From the human T2T-CHM13v2.0 reference genome, Homo sapiens: DNA of 64,000 nt. The stretch is taken from NCBI RefSeq assembly GCF_009914755.1, contig NC_060945.1. One strand, written 5' to 3'. Numbering within the stretch: the first letter of the stretch is position 1; each line of letters opens with the position of its first letter. Below the pieces are notes generated by a model. That model saw only the letters and a list, made by a program, of their open reading frames with translations. It searched no databases and was not told the DNA's origin. Below are positions 1 through 13,765 of the stretch, one piece after another. Both the position numbers and the translations under genes were made by a program.

Positions 1-130
1 ATGGTGAGATCTTCATTAAGAAAAGCCCTCAGAAAAATATCACTGGTGATACTGAAGGGCATAAAACCTTCTATCAGGGAAAGAATCCTAAAATTTTGAG
101 TTCTAATGTGATGATCAATTTTTTTTCTTT

Positions 131-175
131 TCAGTAGAATCCAGAGGACCAATAACTTCCATGGAAAGAGGAGCA
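131..175 (-). pseudogene. 3'-terminal fragment of an HGT-KRTAP gene
   Basis: Minus strand reads TGC TCC TCT TTC CAT GGA AGT TAT TGG TCC TCT GGA TTC TAC TGA = CSSFHGSYWSSGFY*, matching the KRTAP19-7 C-terminus ([12 protein letters not shown]). No N-terminal half is visible upstream. Confidence 0.75.
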
Positions 176-480
176 TGGTTTTAGATTCCCATAAGCAAAT
201 TTTATTAGGGAATATGTGCGGAAATATCATCAAAGGGATAAAGAAGAAAAGCTTCATGCTAATAACACAGTGGGAATGTGGATACCTCGACTAGACTGGT
301 GCTAAGATTCCAGCTAAGGGAAACAAATCCCTGCAGATTTGGAGAATTGGTCTCCATTAGGATGTCTTCAGGGGCTCATGACTGGCTCTGAAATATGTCA
401 CTGATAACAGTGAAGAAAACAAAAGAACGAAGATGAAAATAATATAAAAGCTCTGAATTTATTTGCAATAGACTATATTT

Positions 481-649
481 TCAAAAGGAGTGAAGATTAC
501 CAATATCCTTCATAGAAAGAGGGATAAGAATGGTCACAGCCATAACCACCATCAAGCCCATAGCTAGATCCATAGCCATAGTCCAGACTACCAAAACCAC
601 CAAGGCCATAGCCATGTCCACTGTAGTCCTTGCTGTACTAGTAGCTCAT
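481..649 (-). pseudogene. KRTAP19-like pseudogene (position fits KRTAP19-10P, from memory)
   Basis: From ATG 647-649: MSY*YSKDYSGHGYGLGGFGSLDYGYGSSYGLDGGYGCDHSYPSFYEGYW*. TAG at codon 4 (638-640), TAA at 497-499. TATAAAA at 726-732 and AATAAA at 201-206. Confidence 0.85.
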
Positions 650-725
650 TATGTTGGGGGTTGAAGATTGGTTTGATGTTGAAGTTGAATTTCCTAAGAA
701 TAAATATCACCACCCACGCCTAGAC

Positions 726-732
726 TTTTATA
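726..732 (-). promoter_or_regulatory. TATA box of the 481-649 pseudogene
   Basis: TATAAAA about 77 nt upstream of the ATG, the same spacing as in KRTAP19-6. Confidence 0.65.
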
Positions 733-837
733 TTCTCTCGGGAGTGGGGGGGCACTACATAGATATTTCTCATTTTTGTTTCTTTCACTAATGTGCAAAA
801 CAGCCCAAGTATATTCTTGTTTTGTGATTTGAGAAGC

Positions 838-1139
<302 letters not shown>

Positions 1140-2333
1140 AATTTGAGAAGTTTTAATGCTACTCATGTATAATTATATTTACTTATTTGCTTTCTCTGAA
1201 CTTCTTAGTGTCAGCTCTTACAATAAAAGGTAATGACTGCCAATTCTTCAAAGCTTATGACTGTGCTTAACATAGCCTAACTAGATTACTTGATGCAATC
1301 TGACCTCTTGCATCATATCTAATTTTGTTAGTCCTTGTCTCTCATTCTCTCCTTTTATCAAGAACCACCGCTCTCCTCCTAATCCAGAAGTTACAGTTTC
1401 CTACTTATTAATTGGCATGAGTTTGAAGGTGTTAGAGCACACTAGTTGAGAGCCCAGTATATGCAGCAATGCCTGTTGTTATTTCAAAGTCCTGTTTCTA
1501 CCCACTTGAGTGAGATTCTCAATCTTTTAAAATATCCATTTTCATACATGTGCAAAGACAATAATAATTTACATCTCTGTTTTCGACATTTGCTGCAAAG
1601 CCCCCTAAGCATAGAGCAACAAACCCTTCATAACTTACCTCTCTGTCAGCTCACAAATGTAATTATATGAAAGAAAAATATATTACACTGTGAAAGCTTA
1701 TCTCCTTATATAGCTTTGAGGGTCCTTAAATGGGAGCAAATTGAAAGAAGAAACGTAAATAAAGGGACAATGGCCTTTTCATTATTGGGAAAATCTGTGC
1801 TTAATTCTAAAGTTTTTGAAGTACAATAAGGGAGTATCACTCTAAGAAGGAAAGACGTTAAGTCTTTTATAAGTAAGCATTAATAAGAAATATAATTCAA
1901 AAGGAAAATATATTGTTAATTGCAAAAATATTGGCAAAACTTAAATGAAAAATGTCTATTGAGGTGAATAAATAAAATTTAAATTATGTTTGCTATATCA
2001 ATAAAGCAATTTTATTGGAAACATGTACAGATATTTTTTTCCATGGAATAAGGAAGTTAGCACAATGTTACTAATGTAGCAATGATGAAAATTTTTTGAC
2101 TAGATTAATGAAATTCTAAATCAGAGAAATAGAACCTCTAGTTTTAGCTTGGCCCTGAGTATGCAGTCTGCAGTATGATTGCTTCATTAGGGGTTCATGC
2201 TAGGCTATCAGAAAAGGAGTTGTTATTAAAGAGGCCAAGACTGTGCATGGTTTTGATGACACTGAAGGAACAAAAAAAGCACACAATCAACAAAATAATG
2301 AAGGTGTGAAGGATTACAAGACCAACAAATATT

Positions 2334-2470
2334 TGAGTGGAATGTAAGGAACCAATTTCTTCCATAGAAAGAAAGTAGTTGGTGGCCATGAAGTCCACCA
2401 GATCCTAGTTGTGACCATCAAATCATCAGGACCCATCATAGCCCCATTTGCTGCAGTTGTTACCATCGAG
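2334..2470 (-). pseudogene. Highly degenerate HGT-KRTAP remnant
   Basis: Minus-strand pieces GNNCSKWGYDG and SFYGRNWF..FH. The 5'UTR-side sequence ggggctagagattagttttgatg resembles KRTAP19-6 gggactagagattcagttcaatg. The 3'UTR motif tgacactgaagg is shared with the remnants at about 45-60 and 400-420. Confidence 0.5.
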
Positions 2471-3054
2471 GCTTACAGGGGCTAGAGATTAGTTTTGATG
2501 GTGAAGGTGCCTTCTGAGTCCAAAGGACACCAACCACAGAAGTATATCTATAATTCATTTTTGAGAAGAGTGGCCAACATTACCAAGATTTATTGTAAAT
2601 TTCCAGAGAAAAATGCACAAAACAAGTTTTCAGCTGCTTTATTATTTTAAGCTGTGATTTAATTTTATTACAGTTTATTTCATTTAATGTTTTTCATAGT
2701 CAGAATTCTCAATCTCAGCTTCTTTCAAACTCTGCTGCTGCTGTATCCTTACTATTTGACCTTTAAAAAGTACTTAAACTATTTCTGTATTCTTGTCTCT
2801 ATTATGATGATAATTTTTAATGAAATATTGAATAGTTAAGGATTTAATTATATAAAATGCACCCTTAATAACTGGAAGCTAAGGAAACACACACACTTAT
2901 TCTCTAGTTGTGTACAGCCGCAGTGAATTTACTTGATAGCAATTATTCCCAACAGAATCTTCAAAATTATGGCAGGATGATGAGGGCAGAGCCCTTGATA
3001 GATTGATAGATGAGTGAAAAGTCCTTGTAAGTCAGAGACCACAAGAACATTTTA

Positions 3055-3769
<715 letters not shown>

Positions 3770-4444
3770 TACATAGTGGCACTTGTTACACATTAATCCC
3801 AAAGTTCACAGTTCTGTGTTACTTAGAGCAAGAAAGTAGAAATTGTGAAGACCTAAGAATTGTGAATGTAAATTGCGAAAAAAATGACTAAATTCAAGTT
3901 AGTCAAGCCTCACACCTAAAATTAGAGTATTTGTCAAGGGTGAGAAAAAGTTTAATAGTCCTAAAAGCACTTCAAAAAAGTGTCTTAGCAAAATTATTAT
4001 GAAAATAATATCCAAAGACTTGGCCTAGGTAAAACAATCCTGAAGGAAAATAATTGTTCGATACAAAAATATATTGCTTAGATATTGCAACACTTATATA
4101 AAACAGGTTCATCTTAATGCATGGACAAGAAATCAAATTTACAATGGCAATAAAATGTTTATTAGAAGTATGAATAGAATTATTACCTTAAAGTAAGGAA
4201 AGTAGCACCATTTTAATAAGCCTCAATAATGAGAAAAATCAGCCCTTAGTATTGAACCTTGTTCCAGGATGAATAGTTTTGGTGGGTTTTTGATTCTTGT
4301 AGACAAAGCTGGGCTGTAAATAAAGTAGTTGAGATTAATAAGTCTAAATAGAAAATTACATTGATAACATTAAGGAAACCAGTAGAATGCTTAGACTTTA
4401 TTAATATAAAAGATCTGAGGTTCATAAAATATCAGAAATTTATT

Positions 4445-4588
4445 TTAGTAGAATAAAAGGTACAGGTACGTTTCATGAAACAGGTACAGTAGAAACCACA
4501 GCCATATGTACTGTTACCATTAATCCATACTTAGGATCAGAGACAGAGACAGAACCCAGGCGACCACAGTAGATTCAAAGAAGCTCAT
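4445..4588 (-). pseudogene. Degenerate frameshifted HGT-KRTAP remnant
   Basis: Start context GACATC-ATG-AGC at 4586-4588. Shifted-frame pieces YCGRLGS and YGCGFYCTCF. Ends TTC TAC TAA (4445-4453). A TATA-like cttttaatattctctc lies at 4921, beyond an Alu. Confidence 0.55.
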
Positions 4589-4654
4589 GATGTCACCACC
4601 TACGTGAGTTTTTTGTTTGTTTGTTTGTTTGCTTGCTTGTGATTTTTTGGGGTT

Positions 4655-4914
4655 CTTTTTTTTTTGAGACGGACTCTCGCTCTGTTGCCCAGGCTGGAGT
4701 GCAGTGGCGCGCGCTCTCGGCTCACTGCAAGCTCCGCCTCCCGGGGTCGCGCCATTCTCCTGCCTCAGCCTCCGGAGTAGCTGGGACTACAGCGCCCGCC
4801 ATCACGCCCAGCTAAATTGTTTTTGTATTTTTAGTAGAGACGGGGTTTCACTGCGTTAGCCATAATGGTCTTGATCTCCTGACCTCGTGATCCATCCGAC
4901 TCGGCCTCCCAAAG
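4655..4914 (-). mobile_element. AluY, 5'-truncated
   Basis: CpG-rich Alu body ending at CCTCCCAAAG; T-rich sequence extends back to about 4609. Confidence 0.95.
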
Positions 4915-5029
4915 GTGGGTCTTTTAATATTCTCTCATGGAGGGAAGAGGCCAATCATGTCCATAAATTATTATTTATGGTCTAGGTCTCAATGTTTATA
5001 AAAGCTCCCCAGAGGGAATGGAAAGGTGG

Positions 5030-5480
5030 AATTATTTTTGCGTGATGAAGGAGTAGTGAAAACGTTATTGTGGCTATATTTTAGTTAATGAAAAAGACAA
5101 TATTGGGAGATAAAGTTAGGAAGGGGTTAGATTATGCAGGAGCTCCAGGGCCTCGATGATAATTCTTTAATGAAATTTCAGGTGTAATAGAAAGACATTA
5201 AAGATTTCCAGTTAAGGAAGTGATCTGATTGACAACTTGCTACTGTGTGGTTCATGAATTGTAAGAGTTCTAGAATAGAAGCCTAGAGTGTAAGATTATT
5301 ATAGTAATTCAGGCAAGAGATGGTGGTAGACCCTATATGGGGCTTGTTGGTGGATAGGACACAGATGAGGGGGATAAGAAAACGAGAAATGCAGAGTAAC
5401 ACCTTAGTTTTGCGCTTAAGAAATTTGTTGAATGTCTTAGATATTATATTTAACAGGAAGCTTGGGTATAGGCAGATTGT
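5030..5480. mobile_element. L2 fragment
   Basis: Degenerate L2-like motifs (CAGGCAAGAGATGGTGGT). Confidence 0.5.
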
Positions 5481-5496
5481 AAAAACATCAAGAGTT

Positions 5497-6445
5497 CCTT
5501 TTCTAAAATATTGAATTGACAGAGATTACATATCTTCAGGGTATTCAGTGTGATGGTTTGGTATATTTAATTTTGTATAAGCACACTTTGTGTAATGATT
5601 ACCACAATCAAATTAATAAACACATCCATTTACTCGTGCTATCAGTTTGGTCCCCAGAACTTATTCATCGTATAACTGAAAGTTTGTTCACTTTAACCAA
5701 CACTACCCCTTTCCTCTGTGCTTACCCCGCACGCTTTGCAACCACCATTCTTTCTACTCATGGGATCTATCAAACTTTAAAAAATTTCACTTATACTACG
5801 TTTTTCTGCATCTGGATTATTTCACATAGCATAATGTCCCCCAGGTTTATCCATGTTGCCCCATGTGGTAGAATTTCTTTCTTTTCAATGGCTACATTTC
5901 CTTATTCATTAATCCATCCATGAACACTTAGATTGTGGCCATATCTTGGCTACTGTGAATAATGCTGCAAGGAACCTGAGGATGCAGATATCTCTTTGAG
6001 ATTCTGATTTCATCTCCCAGAAGTGGAATTGCTGGATCATATATATGGTAGTTCAATATTTAATTTTTGAGGAACTTCCATATTGTTTTCGATGGTGACT
6101 ATACAAATTTACATTCCTTCCATCAGTGTACAAAGCCTCCCTTTTCTTTACACCTTTGCAGTGCTAGTTATCTTTGCCCTTTTGGTAATAGTCATCTTAG
6201 GTGGTATCTCACTGTGGTTTTGATTTTCATTTATTTGATTATTTACGATATTGAGGACTTCTTCATATACATCATAGCTATTTGTATGTCTTCTTTGGAA
6301 AATTGTTCATGTCCTTTGCCCATTGTTTAGCTGACCAAAAAATGGTCAGCTAAATTTGCTATTGAATTGTGTGAGCTCCTTATATATTTAGGATATGAAT
6401 AGTATTCCATTGTGTATATATACCACATTTTCTTTACCCATTCTT
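5497..6445 (-). mobile_element. L1M (L1MA-type) 3' fragment
   Basis: L1 3'UTR/ORF2-end motifs such as CCCAGAAGTGGAATTGCTGGATCATAT and GTGGTATCTCACTGTGGTTTTGATT. Confidence 0.85.
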
Positions 6446-6609
6446 TATCTATTAGAAACTTTTAATCTAGTAATTCTGTTACACAAGTTTGGTAGCAGAA
6501 GTTATGACTACAGCCACATGGAGCTCCGTCTACCTAATTAAGTCTTTCTTATTAAGAAAACAAAACTCATAGTGATCATTCATTTCCAAGTCCTTAATAA
6601 ATATTATCA

Positions 6610-6800
6610 CCTGAACATGACAATCCTGTGAATTAGAACCAGTCCCACATAACTATCAATACCTTGTGAGATAGGCGCTAAACACAATTTGGAGGACAGA
6701 AAACGAAAACTTACAGAGGCTAACTTGTCCGAGTTCACCTAGTTAGGGGATAGTGGAGCCAAAACTCAAACCCAAGTCTCTTTGAAGCCAAACCTTTGTG
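6610..6800 (-). mobile_element. MIR
   Basis: Core ACAGAGGCTAACTTGTCCGAGTTCACCTAGTTAG...AAACTCAAACCCAAG. Confidence 0.6.
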
Positions 6801-6913
6801 TTTTAGTGCTCATCTATTTTTTTCTCCGTTATAATACACAAATATGGATGTCTGAAGACATGGTGTAATGCTATCATCTTATGGAAAGGTTGTCTTAAAT
6901 ATGCAGCTGTTAA

Positions 6914-7326
<413 letters not shown>

Positions 7327-7359
7327 AGGGATCCAGTTATTGGGTGATCAAAATAGTCA

Positions 7360-7484
7360 TTAAGGATAATCCAGAAAACAAACTACAAAATATCTGGAGT
7401 CAGACTACAGACCAGACTGTGGAAGCTGCCACATCCAAACCCTCAGTCAGAGCAAAGGATTCTGTAGAAATTTCTTTAGGTGAT
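7360..7484 (-). pseudogene. Degenerate KRTAP19-like remnant
   Basis: In one frame from a mutated start (ATC, 7482-7484): ITxRNFYRILCSDxGFGCGSFHSLVCS (x = stop). ccagactgtggaagctgccacatcca matches KRTAP19-7 ccagtctgcggaagctgccacatcca at 24/26. Ends TTTTCTGGATT. Decayed TATA and GGGTGGG at 7551-7574. Confidence 0.7.
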
Positions 7485-9502
7485 GACATCAGACATTAAG
7501 GATTTCGTTTGATAAACAGGGCAGTAGCTGTTGTAAGTACCTATGTGGTACTTTCATATCCACTGAAGGGTGGGTTTAAGAATCCATAAAGATGTGTCAA
7601 GCTCTCCTTTCAAATAAAAATAGTACAAACAAGTCAATAAAACCATTCCTTTCATAACTGAGAAGAGGTCGTTTTGAACTTGCTCTTAAAAGCATTCTAT
7701 TAGTTTTCTTTCTGCTTAGCTTACATTCTTCAAAAGAAACCTCAGCTATGGTAAGAAATGATGGTTATATCTCCAAAGCAATCTTTTCTACATTTAGAAT
7801 TTCTTGAATAGCTTTCAAAACATCAAGTAGTTTTGTAAAATAACCTGACATTTTACCAACCATTAATTACATTGCCTTGCTAAAGTATAAAATCTTGTAC
7901 ACTATCTACATTATTTTTACTTTATGGCTAAACGAATAGCATACAATTTATTCAAGAAAATTGTCTACAAACTACAAAAATTGATGCAACCAAAAAACTA
8001 TGTTCCTCTTTATAAAAGTGATGAAAATGTTTTAATCTGATAATTTCCTTCGTGGTCATTTAGCGGTTTTTAAAACATGTATTCTAAACTGTCTCAAATG
8101 ATTTCAAATGTAAAATAAATAAATAATAACAAAGCATGTAAATCAACAGAGATTGAGTAAAGGGAAAACAAGTTCAAATTATTTAAAAACAGTTTTCAAA
8201 GTACACAATTCATGAATGGCATTAGCATTCATCAGGCGTATCTAAGTGTCCTTAATTATGGAAACGTTTGCAAAATTATTTATCTCCTTGTCCTCTAGCT
8301 TTCTCAAGTGAACAATAACATAAAGTAATTAGAAAGTTATTTTCTAAAGTTATGAAGTTCTGTTCTTGTGAACCTTTAGAGAATCTTTAGAGTTTAATAC
8401 ACAAAATGGTAAATCTGTGGGGATAATGACTCTCACTGTTAGACCGACAAAATTGTTGGAAGTATTGCCAGTCGTGAATACTAATGGCCTTGTACATGGG
8501 AAGTGGTAGTTTCTATTATTAAATCAAAAGGCAGGACAAGGTGATTCTGCAGTGATTCGTCAACCAATGGAGCATATCCAATAAGAAATTTGTTAAAACA
8601 ATAGACTTGCTTACATGTATAGAGACGAGGCTATTGTGCTAGAAATCTTAACGTTTCCCCTCCTTTACCCCAAATCCGAGATAGTTTATTTAACTTTGAT
8701 TTTTAATTGCCAGAATTTTTTTAAGTTTTGTAAAGTGATACAGCTGGAAATAAGCACTGTATTAATACATTCTAATTTTTTAAACTGTAAAAATCTTGTA
8801 CATGGCATTTATGTGTGATAGAGCAACAAAATATCTTGCTCAAAGGCCCAACACACAGATTTACCTGTTTCTTATTGAAAAGTCAAAAGATTAATTGAAA
8901 AATTCTTTGGAAGTGGGGAAGATTTAATTTTCATTGGATGTAAATATTTATTTTATTATTCCTGTGAGTATACATTTGGAGAAAGCTTGAAGAAGGCTTT
9001 CAGGGTGACTAGGTTTGTCTAAGAGGTGAGAAGAAAGAAGTGGAGGAAAGCACATATATACATTAAAGAGGCTGAAATCTCTATGGCAATGAACATTTGG
9101 GGAAAGATCTTAATTTGAATAGTCAGTTTAGGCAGATAGTAAAAATCACAAACCAGTTCTCTGAAATCAATTATAAGCTGCCTTGGGGTAATGCCTCGGC
9201 TTTTGTTGATGAGGTTGCTTGACTGTACACATTTATGAGAAGATATAGATTAAAATTACAGGTTCTCTAATGGATAGTTATAAATGACCCTCTAAATGTC
9301 AGTTTAAACGCAATCCATTCTAAATCAAAAACATCATTTTCTCCTTCCAAATCTCTTTTAGTTGTAGAAATACGTGCTTAGAATTGTTGAAAGAATTTTA
9401 AGACTGAAATCGAAAGTCTTATGTTGAATCCCCATTTCTACTCAATCACTTATAAATTATATAATCTGAACAAAGTAATATTAAACACAAAATATAGATT
9501 AC

Positions 9503-9969
9503 TGTTATGGTTGAGTTGTGTGTCCTCTCTCAAAAAGATATGTTGAAATCATAATGCCCCAGAACATGTGAGTATGACCTTAGTTAGAAATAGAGTCCTT
9601 GCAAGCTTAATCAAATTGAGGTGAGGTCATTACGATGAGCCCTAATTCAATATGACTGGTGTCCTCATAAAAAAGGTAACTCAAACAAAGAGAGAAGAAG
9701 ACATAGAGAAGTACAAGAACACCATGTAATCGCAAAGGCAGAGATTGAAGTTATATACCTGCACACCAGGAAGTACCAAAGATTCCCAGAAAACCACCAG
9801 AAGCTAGAAAGAGGCAAGGAAGAATTCTCCTCTTGGCTTCAGAGGGGGTATGGCCCTTATAGACACTTTGATCCCAGACTTTAAGCCTGCAGAACTGCGA
9901 GACAATACATTTCTCTTGTTTTAAGCTATCCTGTTAACGGAACTTTGTTGGCCCTAGGAAATTAATACA
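9503..9969 (+). mobile_element. MLT1B/C-type MaLR solo LTR
   Basis: Ends TGTTATGGTTGAGTTGTG ... GCCCTAGGAAATTAATACA, with typical internal motifs. Confidence 0.85.
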
Positions 9970-11233
9970 ATAACCTGCTATGTGTCACGCATCATGATGT
10001 ATAATACTTATGTATTTGCATACATATGTGGAGGACAGTAGGTTTATTTCGCAACATTTCTTAAAAATAAAATAAAATTATCAGGCGTAATCTTGAAAAT
10101 ATCAGTGAAATTAACAAACATGTTTTATATCACACAGTTAACAGTAAATAGAAAATACAATCTCAATCACTTTTGTGTCCAAAAATTTATATTTTCTCCA
10201 CTATTCTAACTACTTTTTGGAGTAGTTTGAGGACTTAAAATACCTCTTTTTACTTTAGTTCCTATTTTGGAGCGTATTATAAAAATTAAAATAACTATCA
10301 ATCTATAAGGCACCTTACAAAATATTTGAAAAATATTAGGTCAGAAATTTTAATTATCTCATTTTCTTCACTAGTTCAGTTTATTTAACAAATATTTACT
10401 GAGCTCATATTAGGTGCTACGCTCAGTTCTAGGAAACCATTCACTGTAGGGTAGCTTAACCTCAAAACCACGTGTACAGCGTTTCCCTTTAGTCATTGGT
10501 TTTTCTTTAGTTCAATTAATCTTCACCCAACTATGTATAAATCTTCAGAGAAATAAAGAACAACAAAATATCTCGTTTTTAATCCATATTCTATTATGAC
10601 TTGTGAAAAAGGAGAGAAAAATCACACACTTAACGTGTTATCCTATCCTATATAAATAGTCTAGGACAATTCTTCAAATCAGCACCCTCCCTTCTTTCTG
10701 AACTCTTGTTTACTTCAGCTTCCCTTGCCATCTCAGGTGTGATAATTAGAGGCTTTCTAATCGGCTCTGCAAAGAAAAGTTAGCTTTCTCAGCATAACTA
10801 AGAAAAAAATAACTTTTTTCTATAAGGATGATTTTTTGTTACAAAATACATGGAAAAATGTTTTAAAAACCAGAGGAGAACATAACTTTTAAGGATTATT
10901 TTTTTAAAAAAATGAAAACACCTTTAATAAAAATATAACACGAAGCCCTCTTACAAGGTCATCCCAAAAAGAATAATCTCTAAGGCAAAATATTCAGCCT
11001 GTGTGGTAATGTTAAAATTAGTATACATTATTATGAAATAAATTTGGAGTGGACTTTGTCATTCAAAGAAAATAGCTTTCTTAAAAACTGGCACAGAAAT
11101 GTCAGAAGTGACCCAATTTGTGAAATCTGCAATCATGTCATGGAATGAAGTGCTGTTGTTGATCTTGAGAAAATTAACAGTAGGGTGATACCTAGATTCC
11201 AATGTCCCAAAGCACCAAGGTAATTTTTCCTTT

Positions 11234-11365
11234 TCAATAGAATCCAGAGAATCCATATTCTCCATAGCATAATGTCTGTCAGCAGCCATATGCATAGCCT
11301 CCATAGCCAGAACCATAGTCCAAGCTATAGCCATAGTCCAGGCCCTGGTTGTAGTAGCAGCTCAT
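11234..11365 (-). pseudogene. KRTAP19-11P: KRTAP19 pseudogene (position fits KRTAP19-11P)
   Basis: 44 codons: [42 protein letters not shown]. In-frame TGA at 11279-11281 replaces the second Cys of GCC. TATA decayed (cttgcata, 11443-11450). Symbol assigned from remembered gene order. Confidence 0.85.
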
Positions 11366-11921
11366 GGTATCAAGAGTGGGGATTTTGTTTGACGATAAAG
11401 CTGTGTTTCGGAAGTGTAAATGACATCATGTGCCCAGGAACTCTTGCATACCTCAGAAAAGGGTGTGGTAACAAAAATAAACTTGAATAATCCTTAATCC
11501 ATGACCTCAATGACATAAAAGACAATCTCGTTAATCTTTTTGACGTCTAATTGAGGGCCATTTGTCCAAATTCCAATAAAATGCACTGTGTCTATGTTGA
11601 CAACAATGATTATGGTATCTTCAAAGAGCACACAGGAGGTGACTGCCATCTCTAAAATTCTTTAGCCAGGCATCATAGCATCTCATTACTCTTCAAAATA
11701 ATTGATACACTCTTTACTGAATGAAGGCAATATCATAAGAAACTACAGCTTATTTGCCAGTAAAACTAAAGCAAGCTGGTGATACTTGTTCAAAATCCCA
11801 AAATAGGCCACTTTTCCAGTTTACTCTAAGTTTTTTTTAACATGTTTTTAACCAAAATTGAGCTCTTTAAAAGTGTGGCCATCATTATATATCTACTCTC
11901 TTCTTGAGAAATTGTGTTCTT

Positions 11922-12247
<326 letters not shown>

Positions 12248-13594
12248 TTATTAACATCTTCTCAAAGAATTAAATTTAGCATTAAATTTCCATATTTAAT
12301 TGACTCATATCAGGGATATATGAGTTTCACAAAATTCCTCTTTTTGACACTGACCCTGAGTTTTCAAAATTATCTGCAAAGAAAAATAATTTTTTTTCTA
12401 ACACAAGACTCTTTTTCTGATTCCTTAGAAAAATGTAACTGGAATGGTATGTTATTTTATCCTTGTGTGTTACTTGTCTGTGACCTATTGGATGTTTTAA
12501 GTGAAAGCAAATATAAATCAATGAAAAGGATTCAGTGTCACTAAGAATAGGTAGATTTTCTTTGCAGGTTTTCTACAGATGGAACCCCAGCTCTACGAGT
12601 CGTTTTATAAAAACATGTATATCATCCTTTGTCTTATCAACAAGCCTCTGAGTTTTTGCTGGAAAACATGATTTCCTTCATTTTAAAAATATGCTTTTCA
12701 TCTATAGAATAAAAATAGAATTTGGAAGTAGAATTATGAAAGTTCATAATAGATTATAAAAGGCCAAGAGATTTTTTAAGGTTATATTAGCAAATAACTG
12801 AGGCTTTTGACTTATATAGCTTTGCAGTTAATTAAGTGTGTCTAGAGAGAATCTATCAAAAGTGAATTTTTATGAAACAGAAATATAATAGTTAAAATAT
12901 TTTTGTTTGTAAAAATGGTTTGAAAATCAATTTGTCAGTGTTTTTCCCATTTTCAGCTTGTACTTTAACTTTGTCATTGAAGGTCCCAATCAGTCCTAAT
13001 CAATAACTTCCTTGAATCCCAATATTCTATTATGTTATTGATGTTTTCTTTTTCTTTTAACAAATATTCATTGAACACCTGCTGTGTGTTTGGCATCATA
13101 TTAATGCAAGGGATACCTAAAGATCCTGACTGCAAAACCCATACAATCGCATACAAAAACTAATAATCATATTACAATCTATAATCATTAACTAAAATGG
13201 GCACTAATAAGTCTGTTTTTTATTTCCCCAGTCTAGAAAATAAAGTTGGGATGACTCGCTGTTGTTCCAAACTAATTTTCTCAATAAGAAATTTCCAAGT
13301 TATTTCACAATAATTTGACACACTTAACTATTGATTAAAAAAGTACATACATTCTTCAATATCTAAAGGGTTAGAGAATATGCTGTTTATTTTATAATAT
13401 TTTATTCAAGGTGATTTCTCTACCTTTGTACTTGAAAGAAAATAGGCAGCAGTAGCATAAAGCCTGGTTGATGAATGAGAAATTTACTTGCCAGTTTTAT
13501 TTTCAATCCTATAAATTAACTTTTTAAGACTACATAATTTGCAATTTTGCTTGCAACTCAATTATTTTAGCAAGCGTGTATATGTTAAATTAAG

Positions 13595-13765
13595 TATCAG
13601 AGAGTATATTTTAAATGTTTTCACCACCCTAAAAAATAACTATGTTAGATAGTAGATTTGTGAGTTAGCTTGGTGTAATCATTCCGCAATGTAAACATAT
13701 AACAAAATATAACACTGTGCCCTCATAAACATATAAAGCTATTTGTCAATTAAAAATAAAACTTT
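13595..13765 (+). mobile_element. L1MA 3' terminal fragment
   Basis: TTAGCTTGGTGTAATCATTCCGCAATGTAAACATAT...TTTGTCAATTAAAAATAAA. Confidence 0.75.

Noticed and set aside
11059-11334. 91-aa ORF MAIAWTMVLAMEAM..., and 15591-15782
   Set aside because: Shifted-frame readings of KRTAP GGC TAT repeats.
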